Positions 43,709-45,125 of a stretch of 45,125 bases of DNA are shown in pieces. The position numbers and the translations under genes are program-made. The first letter of the stretch is position 1; every line of letters begins with the position of its first letter. The stretch comes from a bacterium (GTDB lineage: Bacteria > Vulcanimicrobiota > Xenobia > Xenobiales > Xenobiaceae): the NCBI GenBank assembly GCA_017444165.1, contig JAFSXH010000154.1:1-45125 (forward strand), read 5' to 3'. The notes under the pieces were generated by a model, which saw nothing but the letters and a program-made list of their open reading frames with translations, was not told the DNA's origin and searched no databases.

Positions 43709-44506
43709 TTAAGGATTTACGAAACCTTGCATCTGGTTAAACATACTGTCATCTAAACCGCAATTCATCTGTACAGCTTTGATATTGCGGATCTTTTTGT
43801 GAACATCATTTTCAAAGATATCTATCTGGCAAGGGAAGTAACGTCCATCGGGAAGCTTTTGTATGTTGCTGTATTGGGCTCTGACTAAGATCTTCTCTTT
43901 GTCACTGATTCTGGTGAGATCGAGGCGCAGAGGAACATTTCGTTTCGTGTCTATGTAGACACTCTTGGTGTCGTTCTCGTCTTGAGGATTCTCGATGAGG
44001 ATCTCTATTGTTTCAACATCATTTATAACTTTTTTGCCTTTAATCGAGTACTTTTTACTGGCGTCGATAGAATATTTTTGAATACCAAAAGGCAGATTTA
44101 ATGTGCCACTCGGTTGATCTAGGGCCTTTTTGACGGGATATTGTCCCATGCTTATGTAGTGCCAGACATTGATTCCATCGCGAATTATAATAGCTTCCTT
44201 CTTGTCCATAGGTCCGCCTGGATCGTTGATTATAGCATCTATGCGCAATTTGTTGGGATATTTGTAGTAAACCTTATCATTGGAAAGAAGTTGAAATGCG
44301 TTGCTCTCTGTTGAAAAATCATGACATTCAATTTCAGCTATTAAATCGCGTATGGGCATAACTCCAGCAGGTGCGTATAATTGCTCAATGAGTTGACGCG
44401 CCTTTAAATTAGCTTCTTCTGATCTTCTGTCAGCTAGAGCGATATTCATATTTATAAAATAGCAAACAGTAACAATTAGCAAAACAGATATTAAAGATCT
44501 TTTCAC
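43709..44506 (-). CDS. Secreted LolA-fold / outer-membrane lipoprotein-sorting-like protein (tentative)
   Basis: Signal peptide. Size and beta-rich pattern (YYKYPNKLRID, IIRDGINVWHY, ETIEILIENPQD, VYIDTKRNVPLRLDL) are reminiscent of LolA-like domains. Confidence 0.4.
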   Translation of the reverse strand: MKRSLISVLLIVTVCYFINMNIALADRRSEEANLKARQLIEQLYAPAGVMPIRDLIAEIECHDFSTESNAFQLLSNDKVYYKYPNKLRIDAIINDPGGPMDKKEAIIIRDGINVWHYISMGQYPVKKALDQPSGTLNLPFGIQKYSIDASKKYSIKGKKVINDVETIEILIENPQDENDTKSVYIDTKRNVPLRLDLTRISDKEKILVRAQYSNIQKLPDGRYFPCQIDIFENDVHKKIRNIKAVQMNCGLDDSMFNQMQGFVNP

Positions 44507-44551
44507 TTAATTTTTACCTCCATTATTGTTTTTTATCCATAAATACAAACA

Positions 44552-44573
44552 CCCATCGTCTATAGACAATGGG
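44552..44573 (-). terminator. Hairpin between two minus-strand genes
   Basis: Read on the plus strand, the 9-bp stem is cccatcgtc / gacaatggg (one wobble pair) with a tata loop. Only a weak T-rich tail follows on the minus strand. Confidence 0.3.
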
Positions 44574-44608
44574 AGTTCGTCTACAAGAATTTGTTTCTCA
44601 AAAATTAA

Positions 44609-45125
44609 CTAACGTCCACCACCAGTGAGGTACATATGCCAGCCTTTGAAGCAACGATCCTGAGATTGAGCGCGATACTGCATAGACTGTTGCATCATCT
44701 CGAGACAAGTAGATTGAGTATCCATCATAAGCTGGAACATTTTAGTCATAGTCTCTTGACGCTTAGCTATGATATTCTGCATGGCCTCATCCCAGGCATT
44801 TCTTATGGCTTCATTTTGCTGATATTCCTGGATGAACCTATTCCAGTCAATCTCTTCCTGCTGAGTTTGCTGAGTACCATTGTCTTTGTTTACGTTACTA
44901 GGATCATCAGGGCCATCGCCGCCGCCATTGACTGGAGGAGTATCAGGGCCATCACCGTTGACGGGAGCGGCATCGCCGTCGCTGGGTTCTACATCTCCTG
45001 TGGAAGGAGTAGCTCCGCCATTTATAGGAGAGGTCTCTCCTTCAGCGGGCTCTGCACCGTTCTGTATAGGGGCACCGTCATCACCCAAAGGACTCGTATT
45101 GCCACCTACGCCAGCTTCTTGAGAG
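44609..45125 (-). CDS. Hypothetical protein with a Gly/Pro/Asp-rich PxNGG repeat region and a Gln/Met-rich helical C-terminus; 5' end outside the window
   Basis: The frame is open from the stop at 44609 to the window edge. The listed start at 45088 is only a TTG. Repeats: SPINGGATP, APVNGDGPD, PPVNGGGDGPD. Confidence 0.55.
   Translation of the reverse strand, partial: SQEAGVGGNTSPLGDDGAPIQNGAEPAEGETSPINGGATPSTGDVEPSDGDAAPVNGDGPDTPPVNGGGDGPDDPSNVNKDNGTQQTQQEEIDWNRFIQEYQQNEAIRNAWDEAMQNIIAKRQETMTKMFQLMMDTQSTCLEMMQQSMQYRAQSQDRCFKGWHMYLTGGGR

Noticed and set aside
1-45125. Scan of the whole window for CRISPR repeats, tRNA/rRNA genes, transposases or integrases, inverted terminal repeats, reverse transcriptases, toxin-antitoxin pairs and known defence genes.
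   Set aside because: The longest non-coding stretches are under 190 nt, and I saw no regularly spaced repeats. No ORF has nuclease, helicase, recombinase or RT hallmarks, and gene content is housekeeping or envelope-related throughout.

Overview
This is a 45.1-kb, densely coding bacterial chromosomal window with about 40 credible CDS, mostly in tightly packed or translationally coupled operons. I recognised no rRNA, tRNA, CRISPR array, transposase, integrase or classic defence genes.

**Lipid A locus (1-15.5 kb).** The plus strand reads skp, a short lpxD, a terminator, a 600-aa secreted unknown, lpxC, fabZ, a Gfo/Idh/MocA oxidoreductase, lpxA, a terminator, an lpxB::lpxB-like fusion, and an ICMT-family methyltransferase. 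It converges on, and overlaps by 22 nt, a minus-strand 7-gene operon. That operon encodes:
- an LpxB-related glycosyltransferase
- an LpxH-sized metallophosphoesterase with a GNRE motif
- a Gly-rich membrane protein
- a second LpxD paralog with a substituted catalytic His
- an orphan PmbA/TldE-like protein
- two unknowns

**Remainder of the window, in order:**
- an operon of lptC-like, lptB, lptF/G, DUF3084-like, ruvX-like and Sel1-repeat genes
- an orphan N/S/T/Q-rich protein with a consensus sigma70 promoter and its own terminator
- PSP1/RicT plus a small Cys-containing protein
- oligoendopeptidase F
- pyruvate:ferredoxin oxidoreductase
- a hybrid histidine kinase
- an ECF sigma / anti-sigma / Spy-like triad
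- an M48 peptidase operon
- a very divergent module of a sigma-like protein, a double-ZAS anti-sigma, a degenerate ABC ATPase and a small secreted protein
- htpG and a few small unknowns

**Lineage.** LPS genes, PFOR, and LpxB-related and DUF3084-like proteins of the kind I associate with cyanobacteria suggest an anaerobic diderm. It may be a non-photosynthetic cyanobacteria-related lineage. This is inference only.

**Best candidates for something undescribed:**
- the minus-strand shadow Raetz-pathway operon, together with the reciprocally incomplete LpxD pair and the triple LpxB-type domains
- the sigma-like / anti-sigma / pseudo-ATPase module
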